Source: Phoronis australis (taxonomy: Eukaryota; Animalia; Phoronida). Taken from it: a stretch of DNA of 64,000 nucleotides. A program made the position numbers and the translations under genes. Under the pieces are notes generated by a model, which was not told the origin of the DNA, ran no database searches, and saw nothing but the letters and a program-made list of their open reading frames with translations. Shown piece by piece: positions 1-12,892 of this stretch (position 1 is the first letter of the stretch; each line of letters starts with the position of its first letter). The stretch is from the NCBI GenBank assembly GCA_002633005.1, contig NMRA01000154.1, forward strand, positions 507,210 through 571,209, in the 5' to 3' direction.

Positions 1-127
1 AAAAACAGTTACGAGTCAGTAACATAAATCCAGATGAAACGTAAATTTCCACAAAATGCAAAATTCATGAAACAAAATGGTCAAAAAACGTTAGCAACCA
101 TCACGAACAACAAAAAAGATTGCTTAC

Positions 128-226
128 TTGAGTGAGGTGGGGAAGACTTCGGCCAGGTAGTACTGTAATACTTCATCGACTGTTGAACAGTTCTGCAGTA
201 TGCGTGGCATCTTGGAGTTAGCAGTG
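128..226 (-). CDS. MSTO1: MSTO1 coding exon 13 (gene continues beyond window)
   Basis: [38 protein letters not shown] acceptor, GTAAGC donor. Confidence 0.85.
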
Positions 227-3200
227 CTAAAAATTAGTAAAGACATTGTAGATATCTGAACCATTTCCCCTAAACACAATATTTATGATCTTCATAACAC
301 GGACAACACCAAATACAGTAAGGCAGTAACTATCTCATCTCATAAAACAGTATTTATGACCTTCATAACTCCGACAGCACCAAGTACACTAACACACCAT
401 CTCATAAAATTCAACAATTTGTACCTTTTGACTTTGTTTGCTGGGATCCCTCTTACTGTTACTGCCTGGGCGTACACATTGGCTCTATCACAACAATAGG
501 GTGTCAGCGGTTGCCATGGCAACTGGTTGCCAAGGGACACCAGTGAGTGCATTAGTGTCTCCGGCTCTTTCAGTGGAAATGGAAAAGACGACTGCAAGCA
601 TGCTAGCTGAAAATCAAAAAACAAAAGTCAAACAAATCCTGAAAAGTGTTAGAAATTAAATACGTGCTTTTAGAGCAGGAATGGCTACAGGAGTTTGAAA
701 GTAAACGTCAGGTGCACACTGTATTCAGGGCCTTTGTATGCGGGACAAAAACGCAACTTTTTGGAAATATTGATGGCGCAATTGCACACATTTCTGCATC
801 TTCGTGTGAATGTGTGGACCTTTTGAAGATACAATTAAAAGTTTTGGTTCAATTGGCGTATTGAATCTATGTGGATGGAAAATTTTGAAAACGATAAGCA
901 AATAGAGTTGTGAGGAAGGAGAACTTGAAAATGCTAAGAAACATTTTTTACAAATGGAAATAAAGTCACATGGTCAAGACCTTAGCTTAACAATAACAAG
1001 CGAACTCGATAAAACTGGATTCTGCTATTGGCTAGTCAGTAGCCAAGAGTCGGGAACAAGAGTCTACATTCAATTTGAGACTACAGTCCATAGTGCACTC
1101 TGTTGGCAATCGGCTAAAAATAGACCACTCACCGACTCGTTTCCTACCGTCTGGATGAAAATTTGTGACTTAGTGCTCTACATCTAAGACAATTTACCTT
1201 TCGCCCTTGGGCTCCGATTACGTCTGTTATCTGAGCCAGAGGAACAGGCTGAGATTCGCGTCTCCACGGTAATGTCAGAGTTTCTACAGCTGCCCCAAGG
1301 ATGGCGCTTGTGTGGTACATTAAGTCATGCTGTGAAAGAAAAAGTCAATTGTTAATATTCAAATTCAGAATATTATTTCAGCCTACAACACTGCACACCA
1401 TTGGCAACAACTAGGAAAAGACAATGGAGACACCAGGTGGCACTCCATACAGATAGAGTGCTAACACCAGGTGCCACTGTATACAAGTAGAGTGTTGACA
1501 CCAGGTGGAACTTCATACAAATAAACCAGAATGCAATTTATAGAGATACAATGGTGACAACAGGTAGCACTTCATCAGATAGAACAGTGACACCAGGTGG
1601 CACTTCATACAGATAGAATGGTGACACCAGGTGACACTTCGTAGATAGAATGGTGACACCAGGTGACACTTCGTAGATAGATTGGTGACACCAGGTGACA
1701 CTTCGTACAATTAAAGAGGTGACACCATGTGGCATTTCATACAGATAGAGCTTGACACCAGACAGCATATGTGGCCCTTCCTCAGGAACATTTTGTGGTC
1801 CCTGGTTAAATTACACAGACTTATGTGGAGATTATAAAAATATGTTGCAACGGTGGCAATGACACAACTGAGAATGACCTCAGTCTGATTGAAGCCAATT
1901 AGAAGATTTCATTTCTATCTGAGAAGCCAAGAGCATTAACTTGAGCAAACATACCTCTCCACAGACAGGATCAAAATTCGACTTTCACCATGCAACTAAT
2001 TCAACTGGAAATGCCTCAACTTATGAATATGACAACGACAAGTGTAGTGCACCAAAAAATCTCTGGACCTATAAACCAGCTGATCGTGGACACTGGGGTT
2101 AATCTAGGGTAACTTTAGAGATCCTTGGTGCACAACCAGGACAAAGAATTGATACAAAATAATTATAGCGGCCATCGTTCAACAAGCGTGGCCTGAATTT
2201 ACCTTGTAGTTGACATGGGGTAACTGCACTGGAGCGGTGGGAGCACGCCAGAGGCTTGTTGCCATGGACAACGGTAGAAGAAGAGAACTATGGCAACTGA
2301 GCTTGTCAAAGGCTAGAAGAGAGTTGATGAGCCGGTCCATGTTGAGAGGGTGTGTCTGAAACAAAGATGTGAACATGAAATGTTGTTATATGTCAGTCCA
2401 TGGTGAGAAGGGAGGTCTGAAACAAAGGTGTGAACATGAGATATTGTTACGAGTCGGTCCATGTTGAGAAGGGGGGGGGTCTAAAACAATGGAGTGAATA
2501 TGAGATACTATTCCTTCAATATCCGTGTAAAAAAATTTCACAAAATGCAAAAGATCTAATCTTGTAGTGACAGTCTAATACCCAGCCAGTATCAACAAGC
2601 CATCTGCTAGTCACAAACCATCTGCTAGTCACAAGCTACCTGTAATAGTACTACATTCATGTGTCCACTTATGCAAGATGGAAACTCAGGACACATGAAG
2701 GAAGGCACAATCCTCACTTATAAACTGAGTACCTCTGGCAAATCCCCAAATCACACAGAGATCAAGTGCCCAGACAGAGCACAGCAACAAATGTTTTTAA
2801 AAATTCAAAATGTTCTCACAATAAGACATAGAGGATAGCAATATGCACTCATAATCTGTGTGCATAAAAATGAAAAACAGCAATTTTGGCAGTTACATTG
2901 GGGTTATATAACTCAAGAATTATTAAAGCGTTGCTTAAAACACGTTCTTACAATTGCAATCACTAACATAGCAATTGTACCGCTTGCTTGAAGGAAGCTA
3001 ATGCATTCCTGTGGTGCATGCAGCCTGGTTTGAGGTAACCATCAAGGTACATACCGCTTGCTTGAAGGAAGCTGGTGACACCCCTAAGGTGAACACGGCC
3101 TTAGAGGAAAACTCGTCCTCCAGTTCCTCGACAACCCTACTGGCCAACCCAGCAAACCCATCATAAGTGTCGACAACTAGTTGAAAGCCCTGTAATTAAA

Positions 3201-6200
3201 TCCACAAGTTTTTACAAAAAAAACACACTTTTAGATATGAAGCTTGTCAAGTCTAATACATTGCACATTTAAGTGTAATAAAATTCACAAACTAAGTGAA
3301 AAAAGACAAAGTGTAATGAAATACACACATTTAATGAAAACCACAAGCTTAAAAAAGAGCAACGTGTATACGTCCGCCATGTGCATCACCTGGAGCACAG
3401 AAACATATGTACGCCCACCATGTGCATCACCTACAGCACAGATACAAGGGATGATCATTGTAATAAACATTCCAGTTATCTTCCCCGCCAGGACCATCAA
3501 CCCTTAAGCTGCGTTTATTAACACACAGGCCAACTGGGACAGTTGTATGACTATGAGCAGGATTCACAAAGAACTGCTTTCACTGACTTTGCATGTCAAT
3601 TTCTGACACCTTTTGTATGTGAACAGCACCCATGATTTACAACCGTCTGCCAAATTCTAAGTCACTGTGCGGACTATATACTCCCTCTGAGCTCAAAATG
3701 ATTGTATCTTCAGATGCTCTCTGGGCTCAGTTTTCGTATTAAACGGATGGAAGACAGAACCTGGAAATCGTGTGGTAAAATGATTTCTGAAGTTTGCATA
3801 TTGAAAGACAAAAGCCTTAAACCAATCATGAGAGTACCTGTAAATGGTCACACTCTTCCACAAAGAAATGCAAGCTGTCTTCGAAATTGTGACGAAATTT
3901 TTTGTTATCCATGACGTTGTGTCCAAACCCAAACACGTTAAATGGTGACAAATCACTGAAAAGAACACAGCAAAAAACACATACCAACAATAACTGACAT
4001 GACAATAACATAGCAAAAATAACAAGCACTCATGACGGTTGCACAAATAACATTTTACCATTAATAAGGCTATTTCTGAGTTGCGTCGTGTACTGAGGCA
4101 AGACAACTCAGGATACCATCGGGAGCAGAACAGCACAATATTCATAATGGTAATATATTATGTCATTGAATCAAACAGATGTGTTTCACCCCAGCCTCTG
4201 TTGTTGATATTAAGAACTAAAAGATCCCGTCATGCAGAATCTGAGTGATATTGGCAAAACCGTGGACACCTACACCATTAACAGGCGTCGATTGGTGTAC
4301 ACCAGGGTAGAGTTCAGAAACGCCAGGACTTTGCTAAAAAGCAAGACTTTGTGGGATTACATGAGATAATGCCATGACTTGTACTTTAAATGAGAACACG
4401 TGATTTTGGCGAGGTCCTAGCATAGGTCCTAGCCTTACTTAACTCTACGCTACACCACTAACAGGTGCCATCTGGTGTCATGGTCAACAAGTCAAGAAGT
4501 TTCAGCTCTTTCCTGGTGGAATTAACATTTGAGCGAGACCAGGCTCCAAATTAACGACTTTTCAATGGTTGCATGAAACACTGAACACTAACTCAACATG
4601 TTTGTAGTCCTCCACAATACACACGGTTCTTGGGTGAAGATGGGGCCGCAGAAAGTCTGACCAAACATTGACCTGGTTATCAAGATCATACAGTTTCTTC
4701 CCAAAGATGGCGCTGGTGTCCTTCGCAGCTGAGCTTTGGCTTTCTGAAAAAAGCATCAAGGACGCAGTACACTTAATTACAGAGCAACTGTGACTCACAT
4801 TATATACTTGAGTTGTTTAGACTTGATTTTTGAGTTTCAAAAGAATTGACAAACATTATTATTCAATCACCTGGAACAAGTACGCCATGTCGTTCCTGTA
4901 CTGGACTTCTCAAGTTTTTCAAATAATACACTTGTCAACCTCCATTCATTTTTGCTCGCGATAGCATTTGCAAAATTTCGCCATCACATGAAAACTTGCA
5001 TTCGACTCATTGTCACGTACATGACACAAAATCGGAAGTACATCAAGTTTAATTTGCCTATGGACAGTATTAAAGGATCATTAGCATAATCCAAGGTAAA
5101 TTTGCCCAACACACCACACATTAACATGACAGGCAAGGACTTACCTTAGTTCCTTTTTAATCAACTACTCTTCATCACAACCGCATTTTACACAAAATGA
5201 ATGGGAATGGATTGGGACTGGAGGCAACTTCAGTGTTGCTATCGAAAAACTATGTCAAATATGGACAGAGGTCGTGTTGCGTCACTGACCATAGAACTTA
5301 CAATTCCTCACTCTATGCATTTGTTGAAGGCACCGTAAAAAGCTCACAGGCAAAGGCACACTTAGGTAGTTTTGATGGAGTTTCACTTAGCCAGTGTTTG
5401 CCTTATGAGACAGTGTCCGTGTAACTTCAGTAACCTGGTGTTACCCTTAAGGGACAGGGTCAATGTAGCTTCAACAAACTAATGTCACCCTTACGAGATG
5501 AAGTCAAACGTCTTCCACATACCCTCCTCCATCTTCTCTTTCACATCATCTTCATGTTTATCTTCATCATCTAGTATGGCCTCTTTCGAAAGAAGTTTAG
5601 CCTACAAACAAATACATTCACTACTCAAAGTCAACTACATCAATCGTATCTTATAAAACACTTCAGGTTGTTAAAAACATGAAACTTTTGAGACACCAAG
5701 CTGAAAAAGCGGAAAAAGTTTGAGTCAAATACTGGAATATTCAGGTTGTACTATGAAATGTCATGAGAAATAGATCCACTTCATAAAATTGAGCTAAAAT
5801 TTCACTTCAATCATATCTCGTAAATTATATGAGGTCGATTTTCATTACTTTCTATTAAGTGTTGCATATTTTGGTAACATTCATGTAAGTTATCAAAGGA
5901 TTTGAGAAATGAAATTCAACACTACGTTAAAGGACATGCCAAGAAGAGGCTCCTGCACTAAACAATGAAATATTAAGTACAAGTAACAGATTTACACGTT
6001 AGTGGCAGTTAATCTTCCATGAACTCCGTGTTATACATTATGTACAATTAGGAACACTAACTTGTCGCAATAAAGAAAAACAAAAAAAAATAAAATAATC
6101 TGGCTTGACAGCATACCTCCTCGAGGTCTAGATCTCTCAGAAACTCGTTCTTTGGGTGAGAGTTTGTTTTGTGCAGCGTGACATCGTTTGACCTGAAGCA

Positions 6201-9200
6201 TAAGAAAATGTTTTGAAATTTTTTAAATATTGATTGACTGATGTATTTATTTGGCCTTAAAAACAACACAATTCGAAAAAACACAGTAATACAACACTTC
6301 ACAAACACTGATAGAACTAGACAAGGATATAAACCAAATGTGAAGACGACAAAATGCTTTGACTCACTCAATAATGTGTAAGTAATGTGTAAACTAAATT
6401 AACCTCCATTTTAGATAACCTTACGACAAAGCACATGTATATAAGTTTCATTTATGAATTGTTTACAACCCAGATATAATGCTTCGCGGTTTCTGGGTTT
6501 GTTATTATTTCTTTGTATGTTCTGTGTATCCTTCAATAAATATATATCACAGTGAAAAAAAAAACAAAGCACAGATTTTCAATTTTTGTTGACTGTTCAT
6601 TTTAATAAATTGGATTTTCCAAAATGTGAATATTGAAAGTTAACTTAATGAAATGCAACCTGATTATGAAAGGGTAAGCATGTGGTAATTCTCATTTTAA
6701 CTACATCGGAAATTCAAAACGTACGTAACTATCTCAACATCCTCACCCGAACTCCACTTATTCCGGAATAAATACGGTGTAAATCAATGCCTCATCTCTA
6801 CATACACTGGAATTTTGAAAACTAAGGAAATTCTGATTAAGGACAAAATAATCAGTTTGACCTTAACTCCCCCTCTCTTGACAACGCAATAATACCTGGG
6901 GGAGTCACTTAATGCAAAAAGAAAAAAAATTCCAGCTAGGTTTTGAAACATTGAGTTGTTCGAAATTTTTAATACCATCAGCAATAAAGATGAAGTTTTA
7001 TATGAAGACAATGGTCCATAACCTCATCATATTCTACACTAGACCAGTGTCACATTCAGCTGGAATTGACTCGCAGAGGATTAATTCATTTTGAAACAAA
7101 TTGCACGTCACCAGCCTCACCATGACTGTGGGTTATCTTCATCTGGTAGAACGTCGTAAAGCGCCCCCTCTTGACGAAGTGTGTGAAGACTGCCTGCCCA
7201 CATATCAATAACAACCATATTAATAACGATTATGATGATGATTACTGTGATATTAACATCATAATAGTCATAATAACAATAAAAACAATAACATCAACAA
7301 ACTAATATTATTAATACGTACGTGATAATAACAATTATAGTTGCACGAATGTTCAGAACCGAAAAAATATGTTAACCCTCAAAGAAGGACCCAGGATGAC
7401 TTAGAGAGTTATGATATCTAAAAGAACACAGTCCAATAAAAATTCATCAATAAATACGCAATAAAACTGACCTTTCAAATCTACAATAACAGCCCTTGGA
7501 GTGTAAGTAACATGGCCCTGTAAATACAATAACAAGGTCAAACTATAAGCAGTAGACGGTTCTTGACATGGTATGCCAACGCCGAGTACAAGAATCATTA
7601 AACACATGTTATTGACTGTCTAGGAATTGCAACATTCTTTAAGTAAAAATTAATTATTCATGCACTGCACCAGCAATGTAACAGATCCATGCACACTCAC
7701 TCACAGTGCAACACATCCGTGAACACTCACAGACAATGCAACACATCCATGCACACTCACTGACAATGCAACACATCCATGCACACTCACTGACAGTGCA
7801 ACACATCCATGCACACTCACTGACAGTGCAACACATCCATGCACACTCGCTGACAATGTAAAACACACATTCACAATCACTGACAACGTAACAGATCAAT
7901 GCTCACTCACCGACAACGTAAGTCCCTCTCTAAACAACACGTCATGATTGATCTCTTTGATAAACTTTGACTTGTCACCCTTATCACTGGAGTCATACAC
8001 AAATCCGAGTTCCTGAAATAACAACAACCACTTAATATGTGTTAAACTATGGCAGAACATTAAGTAGAAATTTTCGAACATATTTGGCAGTGGGGTGAGA
8101 CAAACCCAGTTGAGAAGCTGTCCAACAGTACTTAAAAAAGAAGCATATGCCCACAAAAGTAACTTGTCAACTGAGCTGCCTACAGTCAAAGTCCTGATAA
8201 CTCCTTTAACACTGCATGTAACATACAAGTCCAAATCGTCAGACCAATGGATTACATGTGTGGTAAAATAGTGACCAGCTTCAAATGGTGTAGTGAATTT
8301 TCACAATTTCTGCTACTTATCTTTCATGGAAAGAATATAAAAATAACATGTCACTTCTCTGTGAAAAACTAACATTTCGTAATAAGGAAGAAATCATGAA
8401 CCCCAATCATAGCACCAAAAAAAAACTGTTAGAAGCAGGGGCCAGCAGCACATGACAACATTGACTTGCAGCGTCCGGTGGCAAAGGATGGAAGAAATTG
8501 GTGAATAAGCATTTTTTTAAAATTGACGATGGATGGACAGAAATGATGGTGACAAGAATGAAGACAGTCACTAATAAGATCAGATGGAGGACAGTGATTG
8601 ACAATGTACCCATCCAGTAATGTTAATCAGCCGACAGGCCTGCAGTATTGACCAGTCTGTTCTTCTTAGTTTGTAAAAACATCAAATGCACTGGGATCAC
8701 CTCAAGAAAATGCAGTACGTATGACCAGGTTATGTCAAAAAAGAAGCTGGGTGTCCACATTGAATTTTATTCCTCCCAGAATTCCCCCGAGTACTACCAT
8801 GAGATACGGACATGCGCAAAGCGGACCATTCCACGGACTTATCTTCTAGAGGAAGACGTGTTTTTCCTTTGGAAGGTTTTTTCGCGCAAGTTACACCGCG
8901 ACCACGCTCAATTGCATAACTCTTTGCTAATGAGCATTTTCTTCTTATCAACTATATCATCATCTTGGAAGTTTTGGCCGNCAAGTTTAGAAAACATACC
9001 AGACAAATTCGAAAGAAGCAATAAGCCATACACTTTGTGAACCTTTTTTGTAAACACATGCGATTTTCACATACCCGGGTACATAACAGTTATCACAAAA
9101 TGTATGTAATACAATCTTTACGTCAGGAACTACAACTACTATCGGATTTGTTACTAGCTTTTCTCCATTCATGTGACCAAGTCTAGTACAATTCCATGAA

Positions 9201-10729
9201 GGTAGTGTGTTCCTTCACTGTCCTAGAACTGAAACTTCAAAAGGTGCCGGAAGGTGACACCGCTGTGTGTGAATTTGGACTTTTGCTAATAATCTCAAGA
9301 TTGCATATGCATGAACTTGGAATTAAATACGAAATAAGCCAATAAAAGTTGCTTATAATTTACATTATTTTATTGCGCGACTCGCTTTAGTGCAGAGTAA
9401 ATTTTTAACAATGTGAACATGACTCTTTGAGTGAACTTGCCAATTTTCTAAGCTATTCCAAGTACATGTATACACAATCTAGCCACAAACCACTGCTATT
9501 CACATGTGCTGGCTTTTCTTGCAGTTTTTGCTAACAGCAGTTTTCGAAGAAATTTGATGAAATGTGGAATGTGCAACATTCACAATAGTTTAAAAACCTA
9601 CATGGATTATATAATGATCATTATCTGTTCTGTTCACGTTTCCTGCACAAGAATTAGCAACCTAAAATTAAAGAAATTTGTCGGCAAAAAGGGCCATCTT
9701 CAAATTGGAGATTTCGACGTCTTTTTCCACTTCCGCCAGCTTAAGATCTCGATCTCTAAATCAACCAATGGCATTGAAATACAAACTACGTCATTACTAT
9801 TAGGTTAACTGCTGACATAATTCACAAATCACGGCATCAACTTATGGCAGTATGCGAGATGATGGCGTCGAGAGCAAGGTGTGTGTGTGTGTGTGTGGAA
9901 AATGTAGTCATTTTAGCATATACAGCCGACTTCTTTCATTAACTGACTTTTTCTGTTTTGCTTAGGAACTGGTATAGAATTTTGTTACATTTAGGCATTG
10001 CAACTACCCCAGGTACGATTTTAATTTGCAATATTTGGGCAAAAGTGTGTTCCACAGTTTAAAAACCTTGTGGCTGTAAATATTTATTTACAGATGGGTT
10101 ACGTGTCTAAAGCAATCTTGAAATCAAGCGGAATCCCCAGTTGAAGAACACCAGCACAACATGTCATGAGTGATGAGGCTTGCAGCCGCTTGCAACTGTG
10201 AGCAAACACATCTCATGGTTCAATTCATGAAACAGAGGTAGATTCCTCTTATTTATTTTTTGCCTTTTGACTGAAACAAGGGCCTGCCTTCCCTCATATT
10301 AATGTATGGTTTTACTGTCACCAGCTAGAAAACGCCCTTTGCTTGGGCTAATCAATAATGATTCATCCTCGTGGCATAGACTAACTAACGCACACCAACC
10401 CAATGACAATGAATGAATTGCTATCCAAAGATGCGCTAATTTGAAATAATGAATCTTCAAAAACTATTTAAAATACACAAGTCAGGAAAATCAATATTAT
10501 AGATAAAAAAAATGTCACCCACTCGACTTTCGTAATTCTATTAACACACACTGACTCAGTCACAAACACGGGACTTAGTATACGCTGCAGACAACGAACT
10601 TCCATTTCTGAACTGACTGAAAGTGTTTCTCAAATCTCAGGTTACCTGCGCGTTCCAGAAATGGGATCCGACAAAATTTGCATAGTGCCCAAACTGCAGA
10701 GTCACAATCTCCCTGGTGTTTTGAGCCAT
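128..10729 (-). CDS. MSTO1: Protein misato homolog 1 (tubulin/FtsZ-like), 13 coding exons in window, 3' end truncated by window start
   Basis: GT-AG exons join in frame: 10646-10729, 7911-8012, 7472-7517, 7121-7193, 6117-6192, 5523-5601, 4593-4743, 3838-3955, 3055-3189, 2203-2355, 1198-1329, 425-606, 128-226. The peptide carries Misato hallmarks [69 protein letters not shown] and YHTSAIL. Confidence 0.95.
425..606 (-). CDS. MSTO1: MSTO1 coding exon 12
   Basis: [12 protein letters not shown]...PWQPLTP...[11 protein letters not shown]. Confidence 0.88.
1198..1329 (-). CDS. MSTO1: MSTO1 coding exon 11
   Basis: [24 protein letters not shown]...GRK, strong polypyrimidine acceptor. Confidence 0.9.
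1427..1761. repeat. Intronic minisatellite, about 10 x 32-34 bp (GACACCAGGTGGCACTTCATACAGATAGAATGGT)
   Basis: Degenerate tandem units visible directly in the sequence. Confidence 0.9.
2203..2355 (-). CDS. MSTO1: MSTO1 coding exon 10
   Basis: [30 protein letters not shown]...PHVNYK. Confidence 0.9.
2328..2510. repeat. About 3 x 59-60 bp tandem repeat spanning the MSTO1 exon 10 acceptor
   Basis: Unit GTCCATGTTGAGAGGGTGTGTCTGAAACAAAGATGTGAACATGA recurs; one copy is the real junction. Confidence 0.85.
3055..3189 (-). CDS. MSTO1: MSTO1 coding exon 9
   Basis: [45 protein letters not shown]. Confidence 0.9.
3838..3955 (-). CDS. MSTO1: MSTO1 coding exon 8
   Basis: [11 protein letters not shown]...[16 protein letters not shown]. 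Confidence 0.9.
4593..4743 (-). CDS. MSTO1: MSTO1 coding exon 7
   Basis: ...[26 protein letters not shown]... Confidence 0.9.
5523..5601 (-). CDS. MSTO1: MSTO1 coding exon 6 (acidic linker)
   Basis: [32 protein letters not shown] acceptor, GTATGT donor; needed to keep phase. Confidence 0.8.
6117..6192 (-). CDS. MSTO1: MSTO1 coding exon 5
   Basis: [30 protein letters not shown] acceptor, GTATGC donor. Confidence 0.88.
7121..7193 (-). CDS. MSTO1: MSTO1 coding exon 4
   Basis: [24 protein letters not shown], phases fit both neighbours. Confidence 0.88.
7472..7517 (-). CDS. MSTO1: MSTO1 coding exon 3
   Basis: [22 protein letters not shown] acceptor, GTCAGT donor. Confidence 0.9.
7660..7920. 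repeat. About 8 x 30 bp minisatellite spanning the MSTO1 exon 2 donor
   Basis: Unit GCACACTCACTGACAATGCAACACATCCAT; the terminal unit is the exon end plus GTGAGT. Confidence 0.9.
7911..8012 (-). CDS. MSTO1: MSTO1 coding exon 2
   Basis: TTTCAG acceptor, ELGFVYD...[13 protein letters not shown], donor GTGAGT. Confidence 0.9.
10646..10729 (-). CDS. MSTO1: MSTO1 coding exon 1
   Basis: [31 protein letters not shown], donor GTAACC. Confidence 0.92.
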
Positions 10730-10859
10730 GCCAATTATCGCCAACAAGAACGCTTAGCAAAACTCGCACATTACACTTCGCAACATGCTCGGAAATCCAC
10801 CATCTTGACCTATATACTAACTGGGTCATAACTTGTCACCTATTGTCAACTCTTAAAAC

Positions 10860-11100
10860 AACTTTAATGGAACTAAAATAGACCGTCCCAGGGTCCGGCA
10901 GTCACCACCTCACTACGCTGGAAATCAGACCCCATTATTGTCTCCGTCTCCATTGACATTAAAGTGAATAATTTAAATATTGAATGGTTACGTGATTGGC
11001 GTCTGTTTTTTGATCCTGCATCATTGTGCCTACTTGTTTGGAGCCAAGATCTATGTGTGTCACTTCCCGCCTGACGAAATTTCATGATTTTGCATTTTAT
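10860..11100. promoter_or_regulatory. Probable MSTO1 proximal promoter region, head-to-head with PHF24
   Basis: Directly upstream of the MSTO1 ATG exon; contains ATTGG (CCAAT) near 10995 and an E2F-like TTCCCGCC at 11064-11071. Inferred from position and motifs only. Confidence 0.35.
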
Positions 11101-12288
11101 AGATATTGCGTGTTACTTGAGACCCCTAATATCCTGTATTCTCTTCTGGCCGGTGAAATGACTTTTTTATAAATATGAGCCACTCACGGATTCCGATGCC
11201 GGTGATCACGTATCCGAAAAAAGACTTAACGCAACGTTGGGCAAGCCTAGGCCTGTCGGGACTTAATACATGTAATTATTTTGAGTTTTAATTAAATGTA
11301 TGAACACAACACTGGATACGGGCTACATTTTGGACATACCTCCAAAATCATAGTTTCTACAGACTGGCGTTGCCATAACAACTGGCTTTGATTTGGCAAT
11401 ATTTCCTTCTACCTACGGTTGATAACAATTAAGGATTATACAGTACATACGTAGTAAGTGACGTACATCTTCTCGTTGACCGGCTCGGGGACAAATGTTG
11501 CTATTGAATCGTGTATTGGTGTCGGTTAAGTTGATGAAACCGAGTTTGGCGAATAAGACAACTAAAATTCAACAATGTTTTTGTTTTCTGTACATAAAAA
11601 CGAACCACGATCGCGTTGATCGGAAACAAAAATACTCAGTCAAGCCTGCGTGAGTTGAAAAGTTTATTTGGAGTCCCCGGAACATAAAACTGATGGGCGG
11701 TTACTGTTAAAGAGTGTTGTGGATATTTGTACATGTAGCTGGGTTAAAGATCAGGATTCGTAAGGTTTCGATGCTTTACAATCATGAAATTGTTTGATTT
11801 GAAGTTTAACCGCTTATTCGCAAAACTCGTGTCCATCAACTTAAGATTAAGTGTACCCCTATTTCACAAAAATACCATCCAAAAATTGGCGCTAAATATG
11901 GAAATTCCCAAACACGGTTTTGACCATTTTTTATCAAAGTTTTAATACAGACAATTTGGTGAATGCTGGTTAGAGGACTTTTTCCCTATCAATTTGTACC
12001 TTTCAAAATGGCACTTTGCCAAAAACACAAAGTGGGCACGTACCCACAAAAAAGGCACCGTTTTGTGTCTGAATTGGCATCATAAATAGATTTGTCTCGA
12101 TTAATAGTTTGAGAAAATATACACTTTTATGAAGTGACAGTTAATTACTAAATACTTCAAAAAGAATACAACATTTTAATTAGGCGTGCAGGTAACGTCA
12201 TCGTGTTCTTGTTTAATTGGAATTGACCACAACTGGAATTCAACTGACGTGCAACAACGGTTGCATGCGTGGCTGTCGAATTGGTTGA

Positions 12289-12443
12289 CCAAGGCCCAGT
12301 TGCATAAAAGTTATACGCCGTATAGCAACAATGACGTTGCATTACCACGCGTCACGTTGTGAACAATGCACGTGACGCCATGTAACCAACAAACTTATCC
12401 AGCGGATAACTTTAATTAGAAGCTTTATGCAACTCAGCCCTGG
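12289..12443. mobile_element. Putative MITE of about 150 bp
   Basis: Imperfect TIRs CCAAGGCCCAGTTGCATAAA and TTTATGCAACTCAGCCCTGG; no clear TSD. Confidence 0.55.
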
Positions 12444-12508
12444 TTGGCATCAACAACGGCGTGCCAATATCTGTTAATCAACAACGATCTGTCATTTCTT
12501 CTTAAACT

Positions 12509-12892
12509 TTAAAAGGATACTAATCCCTGTTTTGATGATTTCCACCAATCCTCGTTCTGTCACCTGCTAGTGCATCACTGGTGTCAATCGTCCATGTTAA
12601 AGGCAGTTATTAGTAAAAAAATCGTACTTTTTATGTCATGGATTGGACATTATGGTCCTTGGCGGGTTGTCTTTTCCCACAGTTGCTGTGTAATTCGCTG
12701 AAACCGTAGGTCACGCTTGACCGTTTGGCAGACTTTTAAAGAAGTTTTCAAATTTTCTCCAAACTTTTGATGGTTGTCTAGGCTGGGGTTACAGAAAATT
12801 ATGATTTTATTTCAGAGAACTGGATGGGAAAGTCACCGGTTTTTAGTATTTTGTTAATAGGCCAAAACCGAGTAGTTCCGGTATACTTTTAA
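12509..12892 (-). mobile_element. TTAA-bounded MITE (Kolobok-like), inverted homolog of the element at 51441-51774
   Basis: Starts TTAAAAGGATACTAATCCC and ends GTATACTTTTAA; the interior matches the reverse complement of 51460-51770. Confidence 0.7.
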
